Virus record (IMG/VR): IMGVR_UViG_2654587976_000001
Span: 32,001-96,000 of that record
Reading direction: 5' to 3' (one strand)
From: a virus
Lineage: Duplodnaviria; Caudoviricetes
DNA: 64,000 nucleotides
Within the stretch, counting starts at the first letter, position 1, and each line of letters opens with the position of its first letter. Positions 10,515 through 21,040 of this stretch are shown piece by piece. Under the pieces are notes generated by a model. That model did not search any database. It was not told the origin of the DNA and saw only the letters and a list, made by a program, of their open reading frames with translations. A program made the translations under genes and the position numbers.

Positions 10515-10745
10515 TTATTTGTGGTTTACTAATTTAAATCCAGGTTCCAGTACGAGCTTACCGTACATGTCGAGAGATCCGACAAATACTTTGCGACCTT
10601 TCCGATCCTTTCCAAAATATTCTTCAGTGGGTTCGTTAAGGATAGCATCGATAATCTCGCCGGCATAAGTTTCATTAATAATCTCGCCCCATTTATTATA
10701 TACCGTGTCATCATACATAACTTTAACGCGAATATTTGTGTCCAT
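10515..10745 (-). CDS. Hypothetical protein
   Basis: 76 aa ORF with GGGAGG RBS inside an otherwise non-coding region. Confidence 0.6.
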   Translation of the reverse strand: MDTNIRVKVMYDDTVYNKWGEIINETYAGEIIDAILNEPTEEYFGKDRKGRKVFVGSLDMYGKLVLEPGFKLVNHK

Positions 10746-10749
10746 CTTT

Positions 10750-12165
10750 TTCGTCCTCCCTTGAAAATTATACGAAATTAGCGTTTCCTTACATATTATT
10801 CATTAACCCAAGTAGGTACGCAAAATCGACAGGGAATACGCTGATTACGAATTCATCGATCGAAATCTTTGTAAGTCGAAAATAACAAAAGACGCCAAAT
10901 AACGTCTTCAGAAACTCCTTGTACATCAAGGTACATGAGCATAAAAGGCTGGTTATCGCTGTGCGAAATCCAGCTGGCTCCTTCTACACCTGGCAGATGA
11001 GCTATGACAACAAATAATACACGCTTTCCGGAACGTATTTAAAGTCCCCACCGGCGGAGAATTCACGGTTGTCTCGTGAACTGCTTAGTATCGCTCTGTC
11101 AAGCATCACCTTAAAAGAGCTTGCACGTTAGCTGTTTATAGATATTAAAAATATAAGAAGGAAAGACCCATTATAAGCCTTCTCAATGGCATTTTCAGTC
11201 TCTCTTGTCAGGTTACACGCCTTATTGAGAAACAAAGCGTCTCAAACGCTCGCCATTTATTTTGCACAGTTTTCTCTGACCCGTGTAAGGAGGTATGTGC
11301 ATGGGAAAGATAAGTCTCCATACAGAACATTGAAGGAGATGAAGTGAAATAAAGTGAACGTGTTGCTAAGTGAAATTGAAAAGGCAAGACCGAAAATAAT
11401 CCTTTTCTGTGAAATGGGAGCGGTGATCAAGCGCCCAAAAACCATTTCACTTATTTTACGAGGGTATGTAATTACAAAGCCTCGCTAACCCGGAAAAATT
11501 TTTGATTACCTCTAATAAGCAACAAAGCTTACAAGGGCATTATTTAAAGGTAAGGGAGACGCATCTGCCTTACCTAAGTGCAGCCGAAGCAGTACACCGA
11601 ATTAATATTCAGGTTATATGCCACCCATAATAAGACCCTGATGGGATTCAGTCGCAATTTGCATTAATGCGTTAAGTCTTATCTGCATATTTAGCCCGAT
11701 AATAGCCATTTACCTGTCTCTTTTAGATACAGACATCCGAGTTAACCTCGAACCCTCATAAGTGACCATTATCCGACTAACTACAATGACCAGTTGTAGC
11801 TGTAAAGTCGAATTTAATGCTTTTGTTCGTATGAAAGTGAGAATAGAAATGTTTAGAAAAAGCTTAACCCACGGTGGGGCAATACCCCGCTAATATCCAC
11901 TTATCCGAAACCCTGGCATTCCAAGTCCTCAAACAAATGAATATTAGCCGAGAACTGATATCCCACATATCAGTAAACAGCTTATTATTGACGACACCCC
12001 CATGCCATCAATAAAAGAACTCTAATTAATTAACCTGGAGCTGAACACATGCGGAAAGAGGAGAGGGCGACAATTTCCTCCATAACATCTAACTCTGCCA
12101 CTTTTAGGAGCATAAGCTCTATGTGACAAAGCGTGCAGGAAGCCTTTCCTGTCGTCCTCATTAAT
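10750..12165. ncRNA. Long hairpin-rich non-coding region, candidate structured RNA(s) or late leader
   Basis: No credible ORF over ~1.4 kb and many inverted repeats, e.g. GTGAAATGG..CCATTTCAC, AGGTAAGG..CCTTACCT, CTACAA..TTGTAG, ACTGATAT..ATATCAGT. Confidence 0.4.
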
Positions 12166-12170
12166 TTTTA

Positions 12171-12446
12171 TTAAGCTTTAACTGCGTCTTTTAGAGCTTT
12201 AGCAGCCTTGAATGCTGGTGCCTTTGTAGCTGGAATATCAATTTCCTCACCCGATTTTGGATTTCTCCCTTTACGAGCTGCACGTTCACGAACCTCAAAT
12301 GTTCCAACTCCAGGAATCTTGATTGATTCACCTTTTGTAAGTGTTTCAACGATTACATTAAATACTGCTTCTACTTTAGGCGTAGCTTCTTTCTTAGTAA
12401 CTCCTAATTTTTCTGCAACTTCTCCAACAAATTCTGTTTTGTTCAT
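12171..12446 (-). CDS. yonN: HU family DNA-binding protein (YonN)
   Basis: MNKTEFV...GTFEVRERAARKGRNPKSGEEIDIPA...PAFK, the classic HU signature. Confidence 0.95.
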   Translation of the reverse strand: MNKTEFVGEVAEKLGVTKKEATPKVEAVFNVIVETLTKGESIKIPGVGTFEVRERAARKGRNPKSGEEIDIPATKAPAFKAAKALKDAVKA

Positions 12447-12706
12447 GTTTTAATTCCTCCTAGTGATTTTGCTTATTTTTGTGTTAAAGTATAATTACGG
12501 TAACGTTTGTGCTTCTTTTGAAAAATGGGAGACGTACTCACCCTTATATGTGGAAATTAGCTTTCTTTCTCCCTTATGGCGATTATCTCAAAAGGGGCTT
12601 TTAGACCAGTCATATCAAGGGTTCAAGGCACTTTTTTTGTTAAACTTTTTCCGGTAAAATCGCTGTACCCCTTGGGGGAGTAAGGCTCAGGGCACTTTTA
12701 TTACCG

Positions 12707-13354
12707 TTACACCTTTTGATTTCTAAATCGGATGACTCGTTCCTTTGTTTTTTGTTTATTCCTCTTGACTGTACATTTCCCACAGAAAAGCTTCTTACTT
12801 GTTTTAGCCCTAAATAGCGTTTTACAATCACTACAAACTCTTAGTGTTTTCAGGTTGTGTGTTAGGTTGTTCAATATACAAGCACCGAAACATTCCCACA
12901 AAGTCGATTTGAATTTACTCTTCTTTTTATACAGATACTTAATCAGAACATCAGCAACATATTGCTCGTCTTCATGAATCTTCAGCAATCTGTCTTTAAT
13001 GACCTTATAAACATAAAGTTTTTGTCCAGGCTTAATGTCTTCATCATTCATGAGCCATTTCTTGTTTTGGTCTAATCGTTTGTACTCACTAATAATTGCC
13101 TCGTCCAACTTAATATCCTTGTTCTTGAGCAGGAAGCGATAATCGAACTTCCCTGCAACAGCTGCAAAATTAATTCGGTCTGAGGGGATAATGGAGTCTA
13201 ACTTATTTACTGTGCTTTCATTAATTAACTCAACGCTATGTTCTTCTTTATCCTTTGCATTGATGAAGAAGTGGGGTACTTTATTTTTTATGTAATCTTT
13301 GATTTTTTCATCGACATGATCAGGTCGGGTAGGCATGAATAAGGTTTTTGCGAA
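12707..13354 (-). CDS. yonO: YonO single-subunit RNA polymerase, exon 2
   Basis: Frame [14 protein letters not shown]... begins immediately after the intron's terminal G and joins exon 1 in frame. Confidence 0.85.
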   Translation of the reverse strand, partial: FAKTLFMPTRPDHVDEKIKDYIKNKVPHFFINAKDKEEHSVELINESTVNKLDSIIPSDRINFAAVAGKFDYRFLLKNKDIKLDEAIISEYKRLDQNKKWLMNDEDIKPGQKLYVYKVIKDRLLKIHEDEQYVADVLIKYLYKKKSKFKSTLWECFGACILNNLTHNLKTLRVCSDCKTLFRAKTSKKLFCGKCTVKRNKQKTKERVIRFRNQKV

Positions 13355-13685
13355 CTTTGATACCCTCGGTTTCCCGATATTTTATTAGGGAATAGACCAT
13401 ATCATCATCTGTGCTAGACAGATGGTCAGCGCTTCATAATAAGGAATTTCACCTTATTATTACTCCATAAAGGATGGTCGTTGCACCTTCATTTACAAGT
13501 GCTTCCCAGCATGATGTAAACGCTTGGCACAGGGTTATCGTATCGATAAGGACTTAGAATTCCCCTGTTAGCACACTCATTGACGATCATTTCCTATCGC
13601 TGCTTTTCGCTGAATGCACACCCTAGATTTCTAGGTTCACTGACTTTTCATCCGCATATCGCTATGCGACGCGACTAAAAATTTA
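13355..13685 (-). ncRNA. ORF-less group I intron (331 nt) in yonO
   Basis: 5' exon ends in U (...AUCGAU) and pairs with internal guide GUCG via a U-G wobble. P7 is GACCAU/AUGGUC (GCAACGACCAU and GAUGAUAUGGUCU). The intron ends in G, and removing it restores the frame. Confidence 0.88.
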
Positions 13686-15560
13686 ATCGATAGTAAAGTT
13701 ATTTTCCATACATAACCATTTGATCACGTCCATATTTATGTTGTCACTGTTCCATATCTTAGTGATGTTGTTGCTGTACTCCCCGATATTGATCCCATAA
13801 GCAAGAGTTAGTGCTTCATAGATGTTTTTGCTATTAATCTCTTGTTTCTGGGCTACAGACATTTCATAATACAACGGAACGATGTTTTCCATATTACGCT
13901 TGGCAATATTGACGATTAACTCATCAGGAATAATTAAGGCCTTATCCCCGTCATTGTCGAACTGCAGCAGTTTAGATATTGGATCATGAATGCTGGTGTA
14001 AACACCTGGGGTAATGAACCACTTTTCATATTCCTCATCTTTTTTGTTCCACCTAACACCATGCTCTCTGAATAGGTGAGGGGAGCGGAGGATATCAATA
14101 TACCCTTCATCATATAAAGAACAATGGACATCACTTCCTGAAAGCAGTCCTTTTGGATTCTGGATGTTCAGAAATAATTTTTCGCAGAAAGCATACAGGT
14201 CAGGGCATAAGTATGTATAACGAGCACCATCAACAAGCAATTTTCCTGATTTGGCATCTTTAATCATGCTTTTCTTTTTATTTTTAATAATTTCTTTCGT
14301 GTGATCATCGTTAAGAAGTTCTGGATATAGAAGCAAAGCGTTCTGAAGAGCTGTTCGATGTTTCTTTTTCTCCGTAGCTCCAAGAACTCTTAACATGGTT
14401 TCTTTGTCAGTTCCCAATGTGGTAATCTCTTTTACAGTCTTAGAGCTCATTTGAATTAATTCTTCATCGGAGATATCTGTAAGTGTCTGGAGCATTTGAT
14501 AAGTGAGTTTACCTTCAATAGAAGGGTCTTCTTCGTTGAGTTTTGCCCCTAAGCATCCATATTTTTTATAATTGCCTTGATATTCTTCCCACGATGAATA
14601 ATACTTCCACATTTTAAACTGGCTTTTAGTGAAGATAATTTGAACATCATCTTTCACTACGTCCCATTCCTTGCCGTATATATCAGTTACTTTAAAAGCT
14701 TTGTTTTCCTCAGCAAATTTACGAAAATCAAAAGGGACTAATAAACCCTTTACCCATGGGAGTCTTACCATGAAGCTTTTACGACTTAGAGTGGGGAGTA
14801 TCATTCCGCAGCCATCTGTATGTTCAATGGGAATGTTCATTGTTTTTCGTGTGATATCGTAGGTATCTCGATCAATGTAGTCAACGAGACTCGACACATC
14901 AGTTTCTAAGTCGTTGACAACAATGGCTTTATCAATATCAATCTCCCAAGGGCTACTGGCACTGTTAGAAAGGGCCATATAGCTATTCCATTTGTTAATG
15001 CTACTACCACCAAGGGAGTTGATCTTTTCAATACTTAAGCCGCATGTCAAAGCATCCTGATACTTATCGTAGGTGCTTTTTTTAATGAAACATGACTTCT
15101 TTGTACGAATTTGACCGGCGCTGCTCGTGAAATAAATGTATTTTTCATTGTTATGTAAAAATCCCTGATCAATAATGTCCTTCAATACTTCAAAATGGTA
15201 AGTCTGGACAACCATGATTTCCTCTGAAAGGGTGTTTTCTTTAATCCCTAATGTTCGGGTCAACACTGAATCAAATAAAGAAATCACTTTATTATCCCTT
15301 AAGCTGTCAGTTCGAAGTGTTCTTATGTTATTATGTTCTTCGAATGCGGAATAGAGGCATTCTTTAAGGTATGTAATTCTTTGTGATATGTATTTCTTAT
15401 GTTTATTATTTACATTGTCTAATGTCTTAAGATAATCTCTGTATCTATAAGACTTCAAAATCTTATTATGTAATGAATTTTCTTTGTCATTATAAAATGC
15501 TGATGTGTCCACGCTGTATATGTGAACTTGCTTAGACAATCCGTCTTTTTTTCTTTTCAA
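13686..15560 (-). CDS. yonO: YonO single-subunit DNA-dependent RNA polymerase, exon 1 (spliced product ~840 aa)
   Basis: Catalytic QFDNDGD (DxDGD) and RSPH motifs, SPbeta synteny yonP-yonO-yonN. Confidence 0.9.
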
Positions 15561-15574
15561 TCAATCCCCTCCAT

Positions 15575-15880
15575 TTATTTTATTTTTACTCTAAAAGTGC
15601 TTAATATTCGCTATTAAGATATTGATTTACTAAACTTCGATATGTAAAGCTTTGCTTATTAATCTTTCCGTACCATTTATAATCCTGATAAAGGTATTCT
15701 TCTTCGGGTGTTGCTGTCCCATCGACTACTTTTCCCTCAATAAATCCCATTAAATGACTAAATAAATACTGCTTTTTCATCTTACACCTCCATACTATTT
15801 TATTTTTACTCTTAAGTAATTAAAATAAAGACCACTTCATGTGGTTGTGTCTTTATTATATATTTTATTTTTACTCTTGT
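15575..15880 (-). repeat. Three copies of the AT-rich AGAGTAAAAATAAAATA motif (probable SPBRE/repressor operators) upstream of yonP and yonO
   Basis: TATTTTATTTTTACTCT at about 15576, 15796 and 15861. The same motif recurs >20 times in + orientation to the right. Confidence 0.6.
15601..15780 (-). CDS. yonP: Small protein (yonP position), 59 aa
   Basis: ATG at 15780 behind GGAGGTG, MKKQYLFSHLMGFIEGKVVDG... Confidence 0.6.
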   Translation of the reverse strand: MKKQYLFSHLMGFIEGKVVDGTATPEEEYLYQDYKWYGKINKQSFTYRSLVNQYLNSEY

Positions 15881-15898
15881 AAACATAAAAATCCAAAG

Positions 15899-16135
15899 TT
15901 AATTGGATTTAATTTCGATTAATTCAAAAAGATCGTCAACTTTACAATTTAGAATATGTGCCATCAATAAAAGATTGTATGTACTAGGGAGGACGGTTGC
16001 AAATCCCTCGCTGTCATTTTTACACCATCTAGATATACTTGCTCTTTCAGCTTTTATTTGCTCTGCTAACCAGCCTTTTTCGATACCTTTGCTGCTTAGA
16101 AATGAATCCAACTTACTTTTAACCCTATATTCCAT
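15899..16135 (-). CDS. XRE/Cro-like HTH regulator
   Basis: WLAEQIKAERASISRWC...LAHILNCKVDDLF HTH_XRE pattern. Confidence 0.75.
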   Translation of the reverse strand: MEYRVKSKLDSFLSSKGIEKGWLAEQIKAERASISRWCKNDSEGFATVLPSTYNLLLMAHILNCKVDDLFELIEIKSN

Positions 16136-16204
16136 TTAAATCATCCTTTTGCTGTTTGAATAAATTTTATAAAATGACTGGTTTACATACAAGCAGAGTG
16201 TAAT

Positions 16205-16248
16205 TATTTGCATTAAGATACAAAAATATTTGCATTTAAATGCAAATA
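16205..16248. promoter_or_regulatory. Direct and inverted TATTTGCATT repeats upstream of the tubR-like gene (candidate operator or centromere)
   Basis: TATTTGCATT at 16205 and 16227, inverted AATGCAAATA at 16239. Confidence 0.35.
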
Positions 16249-16313
16249 GACAATATAATAATCGTATATCAACCAAGATACTTCAAAATCATCAGATATT
16301 AAGGAGGGGTCAC

Positions 16314-16598
16314 ATGGATACTTATTTTGCTTCTGTCATTGACAACTTAACTCGAAATGATCTGTATATTCTAGGCTTATTGAGCGATGAAGGGGCTGAT
16401 TTAAAGTTTAAATCAATTAGGAAGAAAACCATTCAAGCTAAAACTCAGTTAACTGATGCTACCTTTAGAAAGAGTATCGATCGTCTGGAGGCCTTGCAAT
16501 TTATTAATATAGTGAAAAACAGTAAAGAGCATACAATTTTTATTACTCAATATGGTCAAGAAGCTTTGAGATATCAATTAGAAGGGGAGAGGGTTTAA
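16314..16598 (+). CDS. Winged-helix DNA-binding protein, TubR-like adaptor
   Basis: ATG at 16314 behind AAGGAGGGG, wHTH-like FRKSIDRLEALQFI...ITQYG, translationally coupled (TAATG) to the tubulin gene. Confidence 0.6.
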   Translation: MDTYFASVIDNLTRNDLYILGLLSDEGADLKFKSIRKKTIQAKTQLTDATFRKSIDRLEALQFINIVKNSKEHTIFITQYGQEALRYQLEGERV

Positions 16599-17710
16599 TG
16601 TTTGGTTTTATTGGAGTTGGTCAGGCCGGCGGAAGTGTAGCAGATGAAGCAATGAAGAGAGGATTTCATTCTGTCGCAATAAATTATTCACTTTCAGACC
16701 TTAATTCATTGGTCAATATTCAAGATAAGCTTCATCTGGTTGGGACAGAAGGAGTTGGCAAAGAAAGAAGTGTAGCAGCGAAACATATGAAAAACAACTG
16801 GGAATCTTCTATTGAGTTTATAAAGAACACAATGGAAAAGCCTTCAGTACAAGTCATTTTTGTTGTTTTCTCTGCAGCTGGTGGAACTGGTTCAGGGGTA
16901 GCTCCTATATTATTAGAATTGTTAAACGAATGTCTTACTCATAAAACAATAGTTGCTGTACCCATCCTTCCTGACAACAATGAAGTATTGGTCAATCAGA
17001 TGAATTCACTGGAGTTGCTTGATGACTTATCTATGCCAGAGACATGTGTTTTACCTTTGGATAATCAAATGGTTTTGAGCAAATATGAAGGGAAGATTTC
17101 TGAAAGCAGACTATACAAGGAGACAAACAAGATGTTCCTTGATTTAATCGAAGTCTTACTCAATTACACGGACAGAGGATCAAAGATCAGTACATTAGAC
17201 AGGAAGGATTTAAATCAGCTTTTTGACACATCAGGAATCATGACTATTGCTCAAACAGACCTCAATGAATTTACAAATGAGGGTAAGTATTTTGATAAGC
17301 TGCATGAAGATATACAAAAGTCGTGGAACAATTCGATTTTCACTCCTGTTGAGTTTACAAATGTGATGAGAGCTGGAGTTATTCTGGATGTTCATGAGTT
17401 CTTAACGGAACATATATCGTATAATGAGCTGTTTAATGTCTTTGATAACAAGATGCCCCTAGACTTATTTAAAGGGCATTATGATAAAGGTAATAGGGCG
17501 ATAACGATTCTTAGTGGATTAACCTGGATCAATGAGCGAATGAAGCAGTTAGATGATTTAATTGAAAATGGGAACACTGAAGTTAAAGAAACAACTGTTT
17601 ATAAAGCGAAGAATCGCCGTAGAGAGGATTTATTTAAACCGAAAAAACTGGAGAACAAGGAATCGAAAAAGACCTCTTATATGGAGGCACTGAAGAGACT
17701 AAAGCGCTAA
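16598..17710 (+). CDS. Tubulin/FtsZ-family GTPase (TubZ-like)
   Basis: GVGQAGG, AGGTGSG tubulin signature, DN motif, T7-like loop LDRKD, basic C-terminal tail. Confidence 0.85.
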   Translation: MFGFIGVGQAGGSVADEAMKRGFHSVAINYSLSDLNSLVNIQDKLHLVGTEGVGKERSVAAKHMKNNWESSIEFIKNTMEKPSVQVIFVVFSAAGGTGSGVAPILLELLNECLTHKTIVAVPILPDNNEVLVNQMNSLELLDDLSMPETCVLPLDNQMVLSKYEGKISESRLYKETNKMFLDLIEVLLNYTDRGSKISTLDRKDLNQLFDTSGIMTIAQTDLNEFTNEGKYFDKLHEDIQKSWNNSIFTPVEFTNVMRAGVILDVHEFLTEHISYNELFNVFDNKMPLDLFKGHYDKGNRAITILSGLTWINERMKQLDDLIENGNTEVKETTVYKAKNRRREDLFKPKKLENKESKKTSYMEALKRLKR

Positions 17711-17720
17711 TTTTAAAGGG

Positions 17721-17750
17721 AAGCTGCCTATTTTGGTGGCTTTTTTATTT
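17721..17750 (+). terminator. Rho-independent terminator after the tubZ-like gene
   Basis: AAGCTGCC-tatttt-GGTGGCTT followed by a T-run. Confidence 0.7.
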
Positions 17751-18698
17751 TGATTTTTTATGACCCCCCTTGGTGATCGTGAGCTAAAAAAGTGCTTATC
17801 GTCAATGAAGATCGGAAAGGGTTAATTAGTTGATATAGCAATGTTTTAGAGCTGTCAAAGGGGATAATAGGTGTTTTGTGATCGTAAAACGTAGACAGGA
17901 GAGAGGAAAAGTGGTTGTTTATTTAAAAATCCAATGAAAAAGGGGAGAATGAGGGGTAGAAAAACATTGATATTATAGGCTTTTACGATAGCGGTTACGA
18001 TGCGAAAATAGGCTGAAAAATGGGAAAGTGAAAAAATAAGTTGGGTGTGGAAATGGAAGTGCTAGGGGTACATTTGTTCTTGTTTTTTGGCCTTTAGATG
18101 TTAATATACCCCCTATATATTGGTAGTGAATTCCCTATATAAGATACGTTATGCAGGGTTTTTATGATTTAACTGATAAATTTGCACAACTAACACAATT
18201 TCAAATGAAAAACAATATTTATTTTTGAAAAAATAATTAAGCGGTCAACTTAAAAGTGAATACCCATTCATTAAAAAAAATCGTGTATATAACGAAAGGA
18301 AGCAAATCGAAGTCTTATTTTTTATCTATACAATTTACTTATCTAATCCATACACCTATTTTATATTCACCCTAATCGTGTTCCTTCTCATCTCATTACA
18401 TCCACCCATAACCTTACTTGTCCTCATCTCTATTCCGTTTCCTTCACCATACATTATATATCCATCCTATACACACTAACCACACATCATCAGAAGCATT
18501 CTAATACACCTAGAATCAATTTTAATTTAATCATAGTATCATTGGTATCCAATCCACATACATGCCTTATACAGCCTATAAACACCCATGAATAATAGTG
18601 CCAAAATAATTTAAAAAAATCCATTTTAAGAGTAAAAATAAAATGACTCGAAAGGGAAAATGTGCTATAATAGAGTTATAGGAAAGGAGGTGTACATA

Positions 18699-18878
18699 GT
18701 GCTTGAGAAAGTGGGTATAACAATTGCTTTCCTTATTCCTATCACGGTTTTAATCATCAACTGTTTAACAATAGCTGAGAAGATTCAAAACCTGATGAAG
18801 AATAAAGAAAGCAAAAAGAAAAAGCGTACACGCAAGCGCCTCCGTAGCAAGAGACAACGCAAACGTATACGCAGATAA
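18699..18878 (+). CDS. yonT: Type I toxin YonT
   Basis: GTG behind AAAGGAGGTG, hydrophobic N-terminal helix and very basic tail (KKKKRTRKRLRSKRQRKRIRR). Confidence 0.8.
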   Translation: MLEKVGITIAFLIPITVLIINCLTIAEKIQNLMKNKESKKKKRTRKRLRSKRQRKRIRR

Positions 18879-18912
18879 CACGCTAAAGGGGAATTAATCC
18901 CCTTTAGTCACT
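18810..18912 (-). ncRNA. SR6-like antisense antitoxin RNA (ends approximate)
   Basis: Minus-strand promoter TTTACA...TG-T-TATAAT at 18946-18919 reads through hairpin CTAAAGGGG/CCCCTTTAG into the yonT 3' end, as in SPbeta yonT/SR6. Confidence 0.55.
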
Positions 18913-18926
18913 ACCCATATTATAAC

Positions 18927-19130
18927 ATGGACAAGCACATTGTAAACATGAAACGATTCTCATTATGGTTTACGAACATTACATTTGTTGTTTTATTCTT
19001 GTTGTTCCTGTTCATCAAAGATTACTTCAGCAGCGGAATACAGTCGCTTATTACGGCTATCTTCATAGTAACGTGTATCATTGTCATTTTGTTATGGATC
19101 GCTTACTTTGTATACGCCAAAAGAAGGTAA
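18927..19130 (+). CDS. yoyJ: Small two-TM membrane protein (YoyJ-like)
   Basis: Two hydrophobic segments, directly after yonT. Confidence 0.6.
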   Translation: MDKHIVNMKRFSLWFTNITFVVLFLLFLFIKDYFSSGIQSLITAIFIVTCIIVILLWIAYFVYAKRR

Positions 19131-19171
19131 ACAAATCTAGCTAACATCATGCTATACTAAGCTTATTAGAG

Positions 19172-19420
19172 GTGAGCGGAATGGAAAATCAGATCCTTGA
19201 AGCGATACAGCAACTATCCAAGGATATTAACACAATTAAGCAGGACGTTAAGGATATTAAAGAAACGGTTAAACGGATCGAAGAAAATGAACCTGAAGAA
19301 GTTGTATCCATGCTTAAGATTATTAACAAGAATATTGAAAGTGACCACCGATACAATGATAAGAAATTCTCTGGACTTGAAAGACGTATTCATGATCTTG
19401 AAGAAAGAATCAACAATTGA
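19172..19420 (+). CDS. Coiled-coil protein (yonU position)
   Basis: 82 aa with heptad pattern. Confidence 0.55.
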   Translation: MSGMENQILEAIQQLSKDINTIKQDVKDIKETVKRIEENEPEEVVSMLKIINKNIESDHRYNDKKFSGLERRIHDLEERINN

Positions 19421-19500
19421 ATTTCATACATGAGAAGGAGCGGTAAAACATTTATCCGTTCCTTTATTTTTAATATTAAAGGGGGAAGTCTATATTTATT

Positions 19501-20733
19501 ATGAATAAAATTAAAATAATTGACTCTATAATGGGATCGGGTAAGACAAGTTACATGATTCAAAAGATGAATGAAGCACCCAAAGAGGATAAGTTTATTT
19601 TTATTACACCATATCTTGATGAGGTAAAGAGGATAAAGGAAGCGTGTCCAGATAAGAAGTTTATTGAACCTAAGATACACAGCGTAAACGGAGAAACATT
19701 TTATAAGCTAGACTCATTACATAAACACCTTTCAGATAATAAGAATATAGCAACTACACACGCACTCTTTAAGATGGCAAATGAGACAACAAAAGAACTC
19801 ATCTATTCAGGTAATTATACTTTGATACTGGATGAAGCAATAGAGGTTGTAAAGCAGTTAAACATATCTGCAGATGACCTGGATATGTTATTTAAAAATA
19901 ACTGGATAATTAACAAAGACGACCGAATAATATGGAACATGGAACAAGAAAAGAATATGCAAAGGGAATATGATGGAGAGTTTAAACACTTGAAACAGCT
20001 TGCATTAAATAACAATTTAATATTACATAATGATTCAGTCATACTCTGGAACTTTCCTGCTGACATATTCAAATTGTTTAAAGAAGTATACAACTTAACA
20101 TATCTGTTCGATGGACAGTTACAGAAGTATTATTATGATTTAAACAATATTCCTTATGAGAAATATATGATTAAAAAAGATAAGGGAAAGTATAAGTGTG
20201 TGCCCTATGATTCAGCAGCAGATAAGCATATTAAGGGTAAAATTAAAATAAAGATAAATATTTACGATGGAGATCTTAATAAAATCGGTGAAGAAAAGTA
20301 CTCTTTATCAAAAGGATGGTACAGAAATAAAAGGGTTTTACATAAGCGACTGCAGAATAATATCCTGAATTACTTTCAGAACATATGTAAGTCTAAATCA
20401 AACTTTAATATGTGGACAACGTTTATTGATTATAAACCAAGGCTTTCAGGCAAGGGATATACTAAGGGGTTCATACCATGTAATATCCGGTCTACAAATG
20501 AACATAGTCATAAAAATACACTGGTTTATGCTATTAACCGTTATTGTAATCCCTTGTTAGTTGAATATTTTATCTCTAAGGGTGTTAAAGTTGATGAGAC
20601 TTACTTTGCCCTTTCAGAGATGATTCAGTGGATATGGAGAAGCAGCATAAGAAATAATGATTCGATTTCAATTTACATTCCATCAAGAAGAATGAGGTTA
20701 ATGTTTATTGATTGGTTAAATAATGATTTATAA
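19501..20733 (+). CDS. yonV: SF2 helicase-like P-loop protein (YonV-like)
   Basis: IMGSGKTS Walker A, LILDEA Walker B, QWIWRSSIR motif VI-like. Confidence 0.7.
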   Translation: MNKIKIIDSIMGSGKTSYMIQKMNEAPKEDKFIFITPYLDEVKRIKEACPDKKFIEPKIHSVNGETFYKLDSLHKHLSDNKNIATTHALFKMANETTKELIYSGNYTLILDEAIEVVKQLNISADDLDMLFKNNWIINKDDRIIWNMEQEKNMQREYDGEFKHLKQLALNNNLILHNDSVILWNFPADIFKLFKEVYNLTYLFDGQLQKYYYDLNNIPYEKYMIKKDKGKYKCVPYDSAADKHIKGKIKIKINIYDGDLNKIGEEKYSLSKGWYRNKRVLHKRLQNNILNYFQNICKSKSNFNMWTTFIDYKPRLSGKGYTKGFIPCNIRSTNEHSHKNTLVYAINRYCNPLLVEYFISKGVKVDETYFALSEMIQWIWRSSIRNNDSISIYIPSRRMRLMFIDWLNNDL

Positions 20734-21040
20734 CCCTTATTGCAAATAAAGCAATAAATCATAAAAAAAAGTCAACTGTCCCAAGGGTTTGAGGGGTGTG
20801 TCCCTTAAAGGGGAAGAGGGGTAATAATTAAATAAAAAAATAATAAATTCGTCCGTAAAGTGCCTTTACGGCCGTCTCGTTTCAGCAAGCTGAACCTCGA
20901 TAATATGTTTTTCTTTTTTAGAATAAAAATAAAATAATTATTGAATATTTATAGTGATCATGTTAAAATTAAATCAAGTCAAAGGATTACATACATTTAG
21001 AGTAAAAATAAAATTTTTATAAAGAATGGGGAGATTGAAA

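Noticed and set aside
11257-11445. 62 aa ORF (and 10285..10470) in the non-coding tract
   Set aside because: No RBS, no recognisable protein features, and overlap with hairpins
12600-12700. CAAGGGTT-type motifs after yonO and at ~20780 as iterons
   Set aside because: Only 2-3 loosely similar copies, indistinguishable from chance by eye
12707-13336. 209 aa ORF as an independent gene, and yonO as a truncated pseudogene
   Set aside because: Explained as exon 2 of an intron-split yonO
16598-17710. Host ftsZ
   Set aside because: Too divergent, lacks the FtsZ C-terminal peptide and division-cluster context, and is paired with a wHTH gene
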